A stretch of DNA of 64,000 nucleotides, from the NCBI GenBank assembly GCA_947586855.1, contig CANPXV010000003.1, positions 24,274 to 88,273 of the forward strand, in the 5' to 3' direction. Both the position numbers and the translations under genes were made by a program. Of the stretch, positions 28,058 through 37,284 are shown one piece after another (the stretch's first letter is position 1; each line of letters starts with the position of its first letter). Source of the stretch: an uncultured Clostridia bacterium. GTDB lineage: Bacteria; Bacillota; Clostridia; Christensenellales; CAG-314. A model generated the notes under the pieces. The model saw only the letters and a program-made list of their open reading frames with translations, did no database searches and was not told the DNA's origin.

Positions 28058-28483
28058 ATGGAAATTTTGGCGCAAATCACAACACATTCGACAGAGGAGA
28101 CGGAGCACTTTGCCCGCACCTTTGCCGCACAGCTTCACGGCGGCGAAACTTTGCTGCTGCAAGGGCCGCTGGGAGCAGGCAAAACGCATTTTGTCAAGGG
28201 TCTGGCAGTGGGCTTGGGCATTTCGGATGTCGTCACCAGCCCCACATTTGCCCTGCACAACGAGTACGTCGGGCGGCTTGCGCTCAACCATTTCGATTTT
28301 TATCGGGTGGATAGCGCCGAGGAGGTAGAGATGCTTGGCCTGCACGAGCTTTTTTGTCTGCCCAACGCCGTTTCAGCCATCGAGTGGAGCGACAACGTGG
28401 CCGAGCTGCTGCCTCGCAATTGCACACAGGTGCGCATAGATGTGTTGGGCGACTTGGTGCGCAGGATCACGGTGCAAAGATGA
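28058..28483 (+). CDS. tsaE: tRNA t6A37 biosynthesis ATPase TsaE
   Basis: LQGPLGAGKTHFVKGLAVGLG...VTSPTFAL - the TsaE P-loop and SPTF motifs. Confidence 0.85.
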   Translation: MEILAQITTHSTEETEHFARTFAAQLHGGETLLLQGPLGAGKTHFVKGLAVGLGISDVVTSPTFALHNEYVGRLALNHFDFYRVDSAEEVEMLGLHELFCLPNAVSAIEWSDNVAELLPRNCTQVRIDVLGDLVRRITVQR

Positions 28484-29043
28484 ACATTCTTTTTGTAGAT
28501 ACAACCACAACCGACCTGGTGGTGGCGTTGGTGCAGGATAACAACGTGGTGCAGGTGTGTTGCCGAGACGATCAACGCCGTCACAGCGAGCTGTTGTGCA
28601 ACAAGGTGGCAGAAGCGCTTTTGCTGGCCAAGGTGGATTTTTCTATGTTGGACGCCTACGCATGCGCCATCGGCCCGGGCAGTTTTACGGGGATACGGAT
28701 AGGCGTTTCCACCGTCAAGGGCTATGCCACGGCCGTCCCAAGGCCCTATATCGCCGTCAATTGCTTGCAGGCGTTGGCGCTTTCGCAGCGATTGGGAGCA
28801 AAGGGCAGTGCGGTGGTGGACGCCGGCAACGGCTACTATTTTGCCGACTACATCAACGGCGTTGCGCCCTGCTTGGTGCCCTACGACGACGTACGTGCGG
28901 CAAACGCTGCGTCGGGCACGGCCTGCGACTATCTCGACGGCGCCGTGCAGCTTATTTTGCAACGCTTTGCCAACAGGCAGTGGGACGAAGATCTGGTGCC
29001 GCTGTATATCAGGCGCTCTCAGGCGGAGGAAAACAGAAAATGA
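28480..29043 (+). CDS. tsaB: tRNA t6A37 biosynthesis protein TsaB (short form)
   Basis: ILFVDTTT..., GPGSFTGIRIGVSTVKG. Start overlaps the tsaE stop. Confidence 0.75.
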   Translation: MNILFVDTTTTDLVVALVQDNNVVQVCCRDDQRRHSELLCNKVAEALLLAKVDFSMLDAYACAIGPGSFTGIRIGVSTVKGYATAVPRPYIAVNCLQALALSQRLGAKGSAVVDAGNGYYFADYINGVAPCLVPYDDVRAANAASGTACDYLDGAVQLILQRFANRQWDEDLVPLYIRRSQAEENRK

Positions 29044-29492
29044 TCAAACAACTTGGGTTTTCGATGCCCACCGTGTTTCAGCTCAACAAGATCGAAAAGG
29101 CCTGCTTTGGCAAGGACGCCTGGTCGGTGCCCAACCTTGTGGGAGAGTTTCAAAACGACTACTCGCACATGTTTGGCGAGGTGGTGGACGACGTCGTTGT
29201 GGGCTACGTTTGCGTGCGCATCATGTACGAGGAGGCGCAGATTTGCAACATTGCCGTTCTGCCGGAGTTTCGCCGTCAGGGCATTGCCACCCGCCTGTTG
29301 GAGACGGTTGCCGATTTTGCCAAGGTGCAGCAGTGTCAGCGCTGCGAGCTGGAAGTAAACACCGCCAACACTGCCACTGTGCAGCTGTACAAAAAATGCG
29401 GCTATGAAGTGGTGGGCACCCGCCCCAATTTTTACCGCCGCACCCGCCGCTATCCCACGCGGGACGCCTACACAATGGTCAAAACACTGTGA
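29040..29492 (+). CDS. rimI: ribosomal-protein-alanine N-acetyltransferase (GNAT)
   Basis: GNAT motif A NIAVLPEFRRQGIATRLL. Conserved tsaE-tsaB-rimI gene order. Confidence 0.8.
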   Translation: MIKQLGFSMPTVFQLNKIEKACFGKDAWSVPNLVGEFQNDYSHMFGEVVDDVVVGYVCVRIMYEEAQICNIAVLPEFRRQGIATRLLETVADFAKVQQCQRCELEVNTANTATVQLYKKCGYEVVGTRPNFYRRTRRYPTRDAYTMVKTL

Positions 29493-29796
29493 CGCCTCTC
29501 GGCTAATTGTGATTTTGTCCAATCTTCACTTTGTCAAATCTCAATCTTTCCAACCGCTTTTTCTCGCCAACCATTTACGGTTGGCGTGTTCTTTGTCAAC
29601 TCAATAATTTTTTAATTTAGCTCGTTCTATATTTCTAAAAACATCAATTTTATTTCAAATGCCCATTTGGGGGCTTGATTATGTCGAAAATCGGCAAAAT
29701 ATAGAATACTACGACACGCATAATATATAAATTATGTTATATTTTGCCTGTTTCGGCAGGTTTTTGTCACTTTGAGGGGGCGTTTGTCATAGGATA

Positions 29797-30495
29797 TTGG
29801 CGAGAGGTATCGGGGTGTATTTTGTTGCGATGGGAGAGGGCAAGCCTGTTGTGTGGCTGCACGGCTGGGGTTGTGACGGCAGCATTTTTGCTCCCGTTGC
29901 GCAGCGTGTGCCCCGTCGCAAGCACTATCTGCTTGATCTGCCCGGCTTTGGGCAATCGCAGCCCGTGCCGATTGACGGCTGGACGGTGCAGGACTACGCC
30001 GACGAACTGCTTGCCTTTGTCCGCTCGCAAAACCTTGTCTCCGTCACGTTGGTGGGGCACAGCTTCGGGTGCCGTGTGGCGATGGTTTTTGCGGCGCAGC
30101 ACCCCTCGCTGGTGGACGGCCTGATGTTGGTGTCGCCGGCGGGTCTGCGCAAATTTTCCTTCAAGCGGCAGTGGAGGGTGTGGCGCTACAAGCTGTCCGT
30201 TCGGTTGGGACGTCCCTCTTTGCGGCACGCCTCCGCCGACTACCTTGCCTCTCGCCCCCTCAAAAACACCCTTGTCAAGGTGGTCAACGCCGACCTCTCC
30301 CGCTACGCCAAGCGCATTGCCTGCCCCACGCTGATTGTCAACGGCAACCGAGACGACGCCACGCCCCTTGCCCACGCCCGCCGATTGCACAAGCTCATCA
30401 AGGGCAGCAGTCTTGCCGTCATCGAGGGCGGACATTTTGCATTTTTTTCCGCCCCGCAGGCCTTTGCCAACGCAGTGGAAATTTTTACGGAGTAG
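29797..30495 (+). CDS. alpha/beta-fold hydrolase
   Basis: KPVVWLHGWG, nucleophile elbow GHSFGC, C-terminal GGHFAF. Start is uncertain (TTG 29797, GTG 29815 or ATG 29830). Confidence 0.7.
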   Translation: MARGIGVYFVAMGEGKPVVWLHGWGCDGSIFAPVAQRVPRRKHYLLDLPGFGQSQPVPIDGWTVQDYADELLAFVRSQNLVSVTLVGHSFGCRVAMVFAAQHPSLVDGLMLVSPAGLRKFSFKRQWRVWRYKLSVRLGRPSLRHASADYLASRPLKNTLVKVVNADLSRYAKRIACPTLIVNGNRDDATPLAHARRLHKLIKGSSLAVIEGGHFAFFSAPQAFANAVEIFTE

Positions 30496-30497
30496 CC

Positions 30498-31964
30498 ATG
30501 CGCATCCTGTTTGAGCTGTTCAGCGCCATATGTCTCACGGCGGCCTCGACGGAGTGTTTCCGCACATTGCAGTCGGTCGGATATCGTCCCAACAGGGGCT
30601 ATTTCCGCATATATTTTTCGGTATATTTTGCCGTGCTGGCGGTCGTGCAGGCGGCGTCAACGCTTTTGGAGCTGTTTGTGCCCTATGCGCTGTACATCAA
30701 CGCAGCGCTCTACCTGATTGTGGCCTCGGTGTGGTGCGCCCTCCCCCGCAAAACGCCATTGCGCCTCACCAAGCGCATGTGTCGGATGTTGGCGGTGCAG
30801 TGCCTGTTGCTGTGTGCGCTGTGTCTTACGATAAGTTGCAGCTATTGGGTGTGGCTGCTGCCCCTTGCAACGCTGGCAAGTTGGGCGTGCTGTCTGCCCT
30901 TGGACGCCGCAATCAACGCCGCCTATCTGCGCAAAGCAAGCGCCAAATTGGCGGCAAGCGGCATCACGGTGGTGGCCGTCACGGGTAGCTACGGCAAGAC
31001 GTCCGTCAAGGATATGCTTTCGGCACTGCTAAACGACAGCCTCTGCGCCCAAGGCAGCTGCAACACGCCGTTGGGGATAGCCGCCTTCATCAACCGCACC
31101 GACCTCTCGGGCGCAAAGTACCTCGTGTTGGAGTTCGGCGCCCGCTGCAAGGGGGATATTGCCCGCTTGTGCAAGCTCTACAAGCCATTAGGCGGCGTGG
31201 TGACAGGCATTTGCCGCCAGCACCTGTCCACTTTCGGCACGATGGAGCGCATCATCGCCACCAAGCGAGAGCTGACGGAAAATCTGCCCCAACAGGGCTT
31301 TTGCGTGCTCAACGGCAACGATCCGCTTGTTGCGGGCTTTGCGGATAGCGGAGTTTGTTCCAAACGCTTGTCCTATGACGGCCTTCAAATCGATGTAGAG
31401 GCGGTGGATTTCGACGGCACGCAGCTGCTTGTCACCGCCGACGGCGCAAGCTACCCCATCCGCCTGCCGCAAATAGGCAGCTATCTGGCGGATAACCTGG
31501 CCCTCTGCCTGCAAACGGCGCTGGCTCTCGGCCAAACGTTGCCGCAAACGATGGCCAATGCAGTCAATGTGCGCCAAACGCCCCACCGTATGCAACTGAT
31601 GGAGGGCGCCCGCTGCCACATCATCGACGACAGCTACAACGGCAGCGAGATGGGCGTCAGGTCCTGTGCGCAAACGCTTGCCCGCTTTTGTTGCCCCAAG
31701 GTGGTCATCACGCAGGGGCTGGTGGAGTGCGGCAAACAGCGCCGTCGCCTCAACGAGCAGTGCGGCAAGGTGTTGGGCGAGGTGTGCGATGCGGCTGTGG
31801 TGCTGGGCAAAAATGCCAAATATCTGGCGCAGGGATTGTCCCAAACGGGCTGTCGGGTGCTGTATGCCGACACTCTCCGTCAGGCGGTGGGGTTGGCGGT
31901 GCCGTTGGCGCAGGACGGCATTTTGCTCTTTCAAAACGATCTGCCCGACATTGCGGGCGCATAA
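30498..31964 (+). CDS. murF: MurF-like Mur ligase with N-terminal polytopic membrane domain
   Basis: Mur-ligase P-loop VVAVTGSYGKTSVKDML and MurF-type IDDSYNGSE. The first 150 aa or so are 4-5 hydrophobic helices instead of the usual soluble N-domain. Lies upstream of ddl. Confidence 0.7.
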   Translation: MRILFELFSAICLTAASTECFRTLQSVGYRPNRGYFRIYFSVYFAVLAVVQAASTLLELFVPYALYINAALYLIVASVWCALPRKTPLRLTKRMCRMLAVQCLLLCALCLTISCSYWVWLLPLATLASWACCLPLDAAINAAYLRKASAKLAASGITVVAVTGSYGKTSVKDMLSALLNDSLCAQGSCNTPLGIAAFINRTDLSGAKYLVLEFGARCKGDIARLCKLYKPLGGVVTGICRQHLSTFGTMERIIATKRELTENLPQQGFCVLNGNDPLVAGFADSGVCSKRLSYDGLQIDVEAVDFDGTQLLVTADGASYPIRLPQIGSYLADNLALCLQTALALGQTLPQTMANAVNVRQTPHRMQLMEGARCHIIDDSYNGSEMGVRSCAQTLARFCCPKVVITQGLVECGKQRRRLNEQCGKVLGEVCDAAVVLGKNAKYLAQGLSQTGCRVLYADTLRQAVGLAVPLAQDGILLFQNDLPDIAGA

Positions 31965-31979
31965 ACGCAGGAGAATGAT

Positions 31980-33062
31980 ATGATCAATCGCAATCAACTC
32001 AATATCGCAATCGTGTACGGCGGCCAAAGCTGCGAACACGAGATTTCCGTCATAACGGCCTGCCTTGCCAAGGGCTATTTCGGCGGTAGGCTGTTCAGCG
32101 TGTACATCGACAAGCACAACGTGCCCTATCTGGTGGACAACGACCTCACTCCCAAGGCGCACATGACCTTTCGCCCCAAAAACAGGGTGGTGTTTTTGCA
32201 GGGGCAGGGCGCAATAGGCGTGGTGCGACGTCGCCGCATCAGGGTGCAGCCGATAGACGTAGTTGTCAATTGCTGTCACGGCCTCAACGGAGAGGACGGC
32301 TGCATTGCCGCACTGTGCCAACTTAGCGGAATACCTTTGGTGGGCTCGGACGTGGCCTCGTCTGCGGTGGCGATGGACAAGGTGCTGACAAAGCGTGTGC
32401 TGTCCGCATGCGGTTTTCCCGTGTTGGAGGGGCAAAGTCTCGCAAATGGGCAGCCCCTCCCGCCCAAATTGACCTATCCGCTCATCGTCAAGCCGTCCAA
32501 ACTCGGTTCCAGCATAGGCGTAAAAGTGGCGCACGACATTCAGCAGCTGCAACTTGCGCTGCAAACTGCCTTCAAGTACTGTTCCACCGTGCTGATAGAG
32601 CCCGCCCTCACCCATTTTACCGAGCTCAACTGCGCCGCATTGAGGGCGCAAGGCAAGGTGGCAGTCAGCAATGTGGACAGCCCCGTCACCCTCAACGAGC
32701 TGCTCACCTTCGACGACAAATACATCTGCAACAACGCAACAAAAAAGTCCTCCGATACTGTTTCGGAGGAGCTGATAACAGAAGTACGCACACTTACGGC
32801 GCAAATTTACGACAAATTGGGCTTCGGCGGGGTGATAAGGGTGGATTTTTTGTTGGATAACCAAACGGGCAAGCTGTACGTCAACGAGATAAACACCACG
32901 CCCGGTTCGCTGGCGCTGGGGCTGTGGGAGGGCATATTTTCTCGCACGCAGTACGGCGAGGCGCTGGTGGATCAGGCCGTCGCCGACTACCGACAGCTGC
33001 AAAGCTACACTTACAGCTTTTCGTCGGGGGTGCTGGACGGCAACGGCTGCAAAAAGAAGTAG
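31980..33062 (+). CDS. ddl: D-alanine--D-alanine ligase
   Basis: IAIVYGGQSCEHEISV, HGLNGEDGCIAALCQLSGIPLVG, IVKPSKLGSSIGV, VNEINTTPGS. Confidence 0.9.
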   Translation: MINRNQLNIAIVYGGQSCEHEISVITACLAKGYFGGRLFSVYIDKHNVPYLVDNDLTPKAHMTFRPKNRVVFLQGQGAIGVVRRRRIRVQPIDVVVNCCHGLNGEDGCIAALCQLSGIPLVGSDVASSAVAMDKVLTKRVLSACGFPVLEGQSLANGQPLPPKLTYPLIVKPSKLGSSIGVKVAHDIQQLQLALQTAFKYCSTVLIEPALTHFTELNCAALRAQGKVAVSNVDSPVTLNELLTFDDKYICNNATKKSSDTVSEELITEVRTLTAQIYDKLGFGGVIRVDFLLDNQTGKLYVNEINTTPGSLALGLWEGIFSRTQYGEALVDQAVADYRQLQSYTYSFSSGVLDGNGCKKK

Positions 33063-33102
33063 CCCCGCCGTCGGATAATGTCGCAAACGATTGCCGCAGC
33101 CG

Positions 33103-33279
33103 CTATGTCCTGTCCGAAAGGTTGCGGCAACGTTGCACAGCGGCCTGAAACTCGGTCAGAGTAAACTGCGGCGCAAAAAAGTCGCACGCAGCAACCATGG
33201 TGGGGCAAGGCGTCTGCGGTGCCGTCAGTTTGCAAAATATTTCACATAGGTTAAATTCGTCCGAGCAATCGTATTTCAT
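33103..33279 (-). CDS. small Cys-rich hypothetical protein (58 aa)
   Basis: ATG at 33279 follows a strong AAGGAGG. Five Cys (MKYDCSDEFNLCEIFCKLTAPQTPCPTMVAAC...). Divergent from the WYL regulator. No family recognised. Confidence 0.45.
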   Translation of the reverse strand: MKYDCSDEFNLCEIFCKLTAPQTPCPTMVAACDFFAPQFTLTEFQAAVQRCRNLSDRT

Positions 33280-33376
33280 CGCTTGCCTCCTTGTTTTATG
33301 TCTATATTGTATCACACTATATATGCCAACTATATGTCAGCTTTATAAAAATTTTTAGATAATTTTTGCGCCATTA

Positions 33377-33405
33377 TTGACAAATATCTGACAGTGTTTT
33401 ATAAT
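33377..33405 (+). promoter_or_regulatory. promoter of the WYL regulator gene
   Basis: TTGACA (33377-33382), 17-nt spacer, TATAAT (33400-33405). A CTGACA repeat within the spacer is a possible operator. Confidence 0.55.
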
Positions 33406-33500
33406 CGATTGTGAGGTAAGCTGCCAATGTCGCCAAGGTAAAGCCCCGTTTGCGGCCCTGTGCAGCCAACGCAATATACTATTTTGGCGAGGTGCAAAAT

Positions 33501-34421
33501 ATGCAAATACCTGTATTGGTGGGCATGTTGTCCACGCTGCTTGCCGCCGACGACGTTGTGCGAGCGGACGATTTTGTCAAAAAATACGAAATTTCCAAGC
33601 GGTCGGTCTATCGGTACATCGCCATGCTGTCGGAGGGCGGCGTGCCCATCGAGAGCTGTCTGGGCAGGGGCGGGGGCTGGCGCATAGTGGAAAACTACAA
33701 GTTGAAGGCCACCTATTTCACTCCGGAGGAGTACGAGCGCCTCATTTTCAGCCTGCAAAGCTTCACCTTGCAGGACGACATCACCAAGCAAGCCACCCTC
33801 AAACTGACGGGGCTAAATCGCAGCCACAAAAGCGCCACCGTGCTCAAAAGCGAGCAATTTATCGTGGACGGCGGCGACAGCATGCCGGGAGAGCTGGTCA
33901 ACACGCTAAGCGAGTGCATAGCGCAAAAAAAGTTGTGCCACATCGAGTACCACTCCAAGGACGGCGTGGATTCCGTCCGTGTCATCGAGCCCTACTGCCT
34001 CATCTTGAAGGACGGCGCCTGGTATGTGTACAGTTTTTGCCGTCTGCGCAGGGATTTCAGGTATTTCAAGGTGGCCCGTATCGTCAATTTGCAGGTGGGA
34101 GAGCGTTTCAGCGGGCGCCCCTACGACGGCGTGGACAGCAGCGTCATCAAGACGGACGTGCTCAAAGGCAAAGAGATGGTGGAGGTGTTGCTTTCGGTGG
34201 ACAGCACTGCGCTATCCGCCTGCGAGGAGTGGTTGGGCGTCAATGCCGTCGTCAAGCTGGGCGAGGACTTTGTTGCCAAGGCCACCCTGCCCTACGACGA
34301 AATGCTCATCAACAAGATTTTGTCGCTGGGCGTGGGCGTCCGTGTCGAAAAGCCCCGACGTCTGCGCCTTGCCGTGATCGAGCGTTGCAGCCTCATCGCC
34401 CAACGCAATGCCGAGGAGTGA
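33501..34421 (+). CDS. HTH-WYL domain transcriptional regulator (YafY-like)
   Basis: N-terminal DeoR-like HTH (FVKKYEISKRSVYRYIAMLSEGGVPI), central WYL-type segment (HIEYHSKDG...EPYCLILKDGAWYVYSF) and a C-terminal WCX-like part. Confidence 0.75.
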   Translation: MQIPVLVGMLSTLLAADDVVRADDFVKKYEISKRSVYRYIAMLSEGGVPIESCLGRGGGWRIVENYKLKATYFTPEEYERLIFSLQSFTLQDDITKQATLKLTGLNRSHKSATVLKSEQFIVDGGDSMPGELVNTLSECIAQKKLCHIEYHSKDGVDSVRVIEPYCLILKDGAWYVYSFCRLRRDFRYFKVARIVNLQVGERFSGRPYDGVDSSVIKTDVLKGKEMVEVLLSVDSTALSACEEWLGVNAVVKLGEDFVAKATLPYDEMLINKILSLGVGVRVEKPRRLRLAVIERCSLIAQRNAEE

Positions 34422-34456
34422 ACAAAGCGGCTTTGTACGCCGCAAGTTTCGGCCCC

Positions 34457-35506
34457 TCAGTGCGGCCCTTTGCCCCTTTTGCCCGACTGTGCGGCTTGCA
34501 GGATCAACTCGGCCACCCTGTCCGTGCCGTAGAGGGCACGTTGCGCCCGTTGTTTGGCGCAGATGGCGTTGCGGTTGTCGTAGGCGGCGTTGACGGCGCT
34601 TTCAATGCTATCGGGCAGCTGTTGCTCGGATAGTTGCAGTCCGCAGCCCCGCTCCACAAACCACATGGCGTTTTGCAGCTGTTCGCCCCTCGATTGTTTG
34701 GTGAGGGGCACCGTCACAAAGGGCACCTGCGCCAATGTCAGCTCGGATAGTGTGTTGGCGCCTGCCCTTGTCAGACACACGTCCGCCGCCGCAAATATAT
34801 CCCCCATATTGTCGGCAAATTCGCTTTGACGCACAAAGTTGCAGTCAAGGCGTTTGTTTTTGCCGCACAGCACAAAGATGTCGAAGCGCTCCGCCAAATG
34901 CGGGCAGCCCTGCACGGCGTCGTTGAGAGCCTTTGCCCCCAAACTGCCGCCCGTCACCAGCAGCAGCGGTTTTTTGCCGTCAAAACCCATGGTTTGCAGC
35001 CCTTTTTGACGGTCGCCGTGCAAAATTTCCTCCCGCACGATCAGCCCCGTCGTTTGCGAATCTTTTGCGCCGAAAGCGGACAGGTACACGTCGGCATAAC
35101 GTGCGGACAGCCTGTTTGCCAGCCCGGGCGACATGTCGCTTTCGTGTATCACGGTGGGTATGCCCAAGCGTTTTGCAGCTATCACCACGGGCAGCCCCAC
35201 ATAGCCGCCCTTGCTGAACACCACATCGGGGCGCAGCCGGGATAGGTGCCGTTTGGCCTGCCTCACGCTGCCCACCAGCCGAAAGGGCAGCAGCAGATTG
35301 CCCAAACTTAGTTTGCGTTGCAGCTTGTAGGCGGCAATGGTGCGATATTGCGATATGACGCCCCTCTCCGCAAAAGGCGCCGTCAGCTGTTTTTCCATGC
35401 CGTCGGTGCCTATGTAAAAAATGGTGTGCGCTTTCAGTTTGTTTATCAGGGCCAGGTTGGGCGTGATGTGCCCGGCCGTGCCCCCTCCGGTAAAAGCTAT
35501 CTTCAT
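34457..35506 (-). CDS. murG: UDP-N-acetylglucosamine--N-acetylmuramyl-(pentapeptide) pyrophosphoryl-undecaprenol GlcNAc transferase
   Basis: MKIAFTGGGTAGHITP..., GGYVGLPVVIAA, LLVTGGSLGA, ADVCLTRAGANTLSEL. Confidence 0.9.
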   Translation of the reverse strand: MKIAFTGGGTAGHITPNLALINKLKAHTIFYIGTDGMEKQLTAPFAERGVISQYRTIAAYKLQRKLSLGNLLLPFRLVGSVRQAKRHLSRLRPDVVFSKGGYVGLPVVIAAKRLGIPTVIHESDMSPGLANRLSARYADVYLSAFGAKDSQTTGLIVREEILHGDRQKGLQTMGFDGKKPLLLVTGGSLGAKALNDAVQGCPHLAERFDIFVLCGKNKRLDCNFVRQSEFADNMGDIFAAADVCLTRAGANTLSELTLAQVPFVTVPLTKQSRGEQLQNAMWFVERGCGLQLSEQQLPDSIESAVNAAYDNRNAICAKQRAQRALYGTDRVAELILQAAQSGKRGKGPH

Positions 35507-35666
35507 GGTGATAGTGTATGCAGACGGGGCGTATTTTATAAGGGTTTGCTTGCGCCGATTGCTGTTTTTGCGGCGTTTGGGCGCAGCGCAGCGGCAAAAG
35601 ATGTTGTTGACTTTTGCGGCGGAATTGCTTACAATATAGCTATCGAAATCAAGGACGGTGTATCAC

Positions 35667-36620
35667 ATGAAGCTAAGCAGATTTACCTCGCACGACGGCC
35701 GAGAGGTGCAACTGTACACCTGGGACGAAGTGCCCCTTGCCAAGGGCGTTGTCAAGATTGCCCATGGCATGGTGGAGCACTCTGCCCGCTACGACGATTT
35801 TGCCCAATTTCTCAATCAACACGGCTACATCGTGGTGATGAACGACCATCGGGGCCACGGCCTCACCGCCGAAAAGGACAGCCTCGGCTACGAAGAGGGG
35901 GATATGTTCGGCAACAACGTCAAGGACCAGCTTGCCATCTTGGATCACTGCCGCAACAAGTACAATCTGCCCCTGTACATGATGGGACACAGCTACGGCA
36001 GCTTTGTTGTGCAGGCCGTCATCGAGCAGCACCCCTCTGTCAACGGATTTGTGCTGTGCGGCAGCAACTACATCAAGGGCGTAAGCTACACGGCGTGTTC
36101 CGTCATCGCCAAGGGCATGTGCCGACACAAGGGCGGCCGCTATCCTGCCGAGCTTATCGCCAAACTGTCCTTTGGCAGCTACGAAAAGAAGTTTCCCGGC
36201 AAAAACAATTGGCTCAACCGAGACGAAAACGAGGTTGCCAAGTACAACAACGACGAGCTGTGCAGCTACACCTGTTCCGCCAACTTCTATCGCACCTTTA
36301 TGGCGGGCATCTCAAAGTTGTACGATAAGCAAAGTTACAGCGCCATCAACACCGATACCCCCATCTTGCTGATTGCGGGCAGCGACGACCCCGTCGGCAA
36401 CTACGGCAAGGGCGTGGCAAAACTGCAAAAATTTTATACCGACAAGGTGGGCGTTCAGGACGTGACAATGCACTTGTACGACGGCGCCCGCCACGAGATT
36501 CTCAACGAAACCAACAAATCTCAGGTGTACAACGACGTGCTTAGCTGGCTGGACGAACGCACCCCTGCGCCCGCCGCTCCCACCGACGAACCTCCCGTCG
36601 AAAAACGCCGCCGCCGCTGA
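35667..36620 (+). CDS. alpha/beta hydrolase (lysophospholipase / monoacylglycerol-lipase-like)
   Basis: VKIAHGMVEHSARY, DHRGHG, elbow GHSYGS, late HEILNE. ATG at 35667 follows AAGGA. Confidence 0.75.
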   Translation: MKLSRFTSHDGREVQLYTWDEVPLAKGVVKIAHGMVEHSARYDDFAQFLNQHGYIVVMNDHRGHGLTAEKDSLGYEEGDMFGNNVKDQLAILDHCRNKYNLPLYMMGHSYGSFVVQAVIEQHPSVNGFVLCGSNYIKGVSYTACSVIAKGMCRHKGGRYPAELIAKLSFGSYEKKFPGKNNWLNRDENEVAKYNNDELCSYTCSANFYRTFMAGISKLYDKQSYSAINTDTPILLIAGSDDPVGNYGKGVAKLQKFYTDKVGVQDVTMHLYDGARHEILNETNKSQVYNDVLSWLDERTPAPAAPTDEPPVEKRRRR

Positions 36621-36747
36621 TTTGTCCCGACCGCCGCAGTGGTGCAATGTTTTCACTGCTGTCGTGCGATTTCACTCGCCCCTCTCAACTCTCCCGCCCG
36701 CTACCTGCCCACAGCCCTTTTGCCGCATCGCATGTGATGCAATTTTA

Positions 36748-36776
36748 TTGACATCTGCCACAAAAGAAGATATACT
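36748..36776 (+). promoter_or_regulatory. promoter of candidate sRNA 1
   Basis: TTGACA (36748-36753), 17-nt spacer, TATACT (36771-36776). Confidence 0.5.
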
Positions 36777-36782
36777 AACAAC

Positions 36783-36866
36783 AGGTAAGTGGCATATTGC
36801 GCACTTACACCTGCCGTCAAGTGTTGCGGCATTGCCCCGAACGGATAGTTTCGGGGACATTTTTTG
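36783..36866 (+). ncRNA. candidate small RNA 1 (about 84 nt), unknown class
   Basis: Bounded by a consensus promoter and an intrinsic terminator (CCCCGAA-cggatagt-TTCGGGG plus TTTTTT, 36835-36865). Two upstream hairpins. No SD-led ORF. Confidence 0.4.
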
Positions 36867-37249
36867 CCCTCTTGCCCTGCGATTTAGTACGTAGTGTGGT
36901 GGTGCAAACTCGCCGTCGAATCGCTTGCGCCTTGTTTCTCTTCCTCTTCTTCCCTCTTTTCTTTTCTCTTCTTTTTTTTCTTTCTTCTTTTTCCCTTATT
37001 TTTTTTCTTTTTCACCCTCTCTTCTCTCTCTTTTTTCCCTTTCCGTCCTTCCTTTTATTTTCTCACCCCGACCATTTGCTGTTTTATGTAATACAGTGGA
37101 GTAATGTTTTCGCCGCCATCATATCGATTTTACCCCGTCTCAGCCTCTCCTTTCTCTTCTTTTTTCTTTTCCTTCTTCTATCCCTCTCCTCTCTCACGCC
37201 CTCTATCTGCCCACAGCCCTTTTGCCGCATCGCATATGATACAATTTTA

Positions 37250-37278
37250 TTGACATCTGCCGCAAAGTGATATATACT
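37250..37278 (+). promoter_or_regulatory. promoter of candidate sRNA 2
   Basis: TTGACA (37250-37255), 17-nt spacer, TATACT (37273-37278). Flanks are near-identical to the sRNA 1 promoter. Confidence 0.5.
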
Positions 37279-37284
37279 TATAGA

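Noticed and set aside
36789-36848. Short peptides inside the sRNA cassettes (for example GTG-started MAYCALTPAVKCCGIAPNG in copy 1)
   Set aside because: There is no SD at a usable distance. The two copies do not conserve a reading frame: an indel in the terminator stem changes the stop. The conserved part is the terminator hairpin, so an RNA function is more parsimonious. A type I toxin-like peptide is not excluded but is unsupported.
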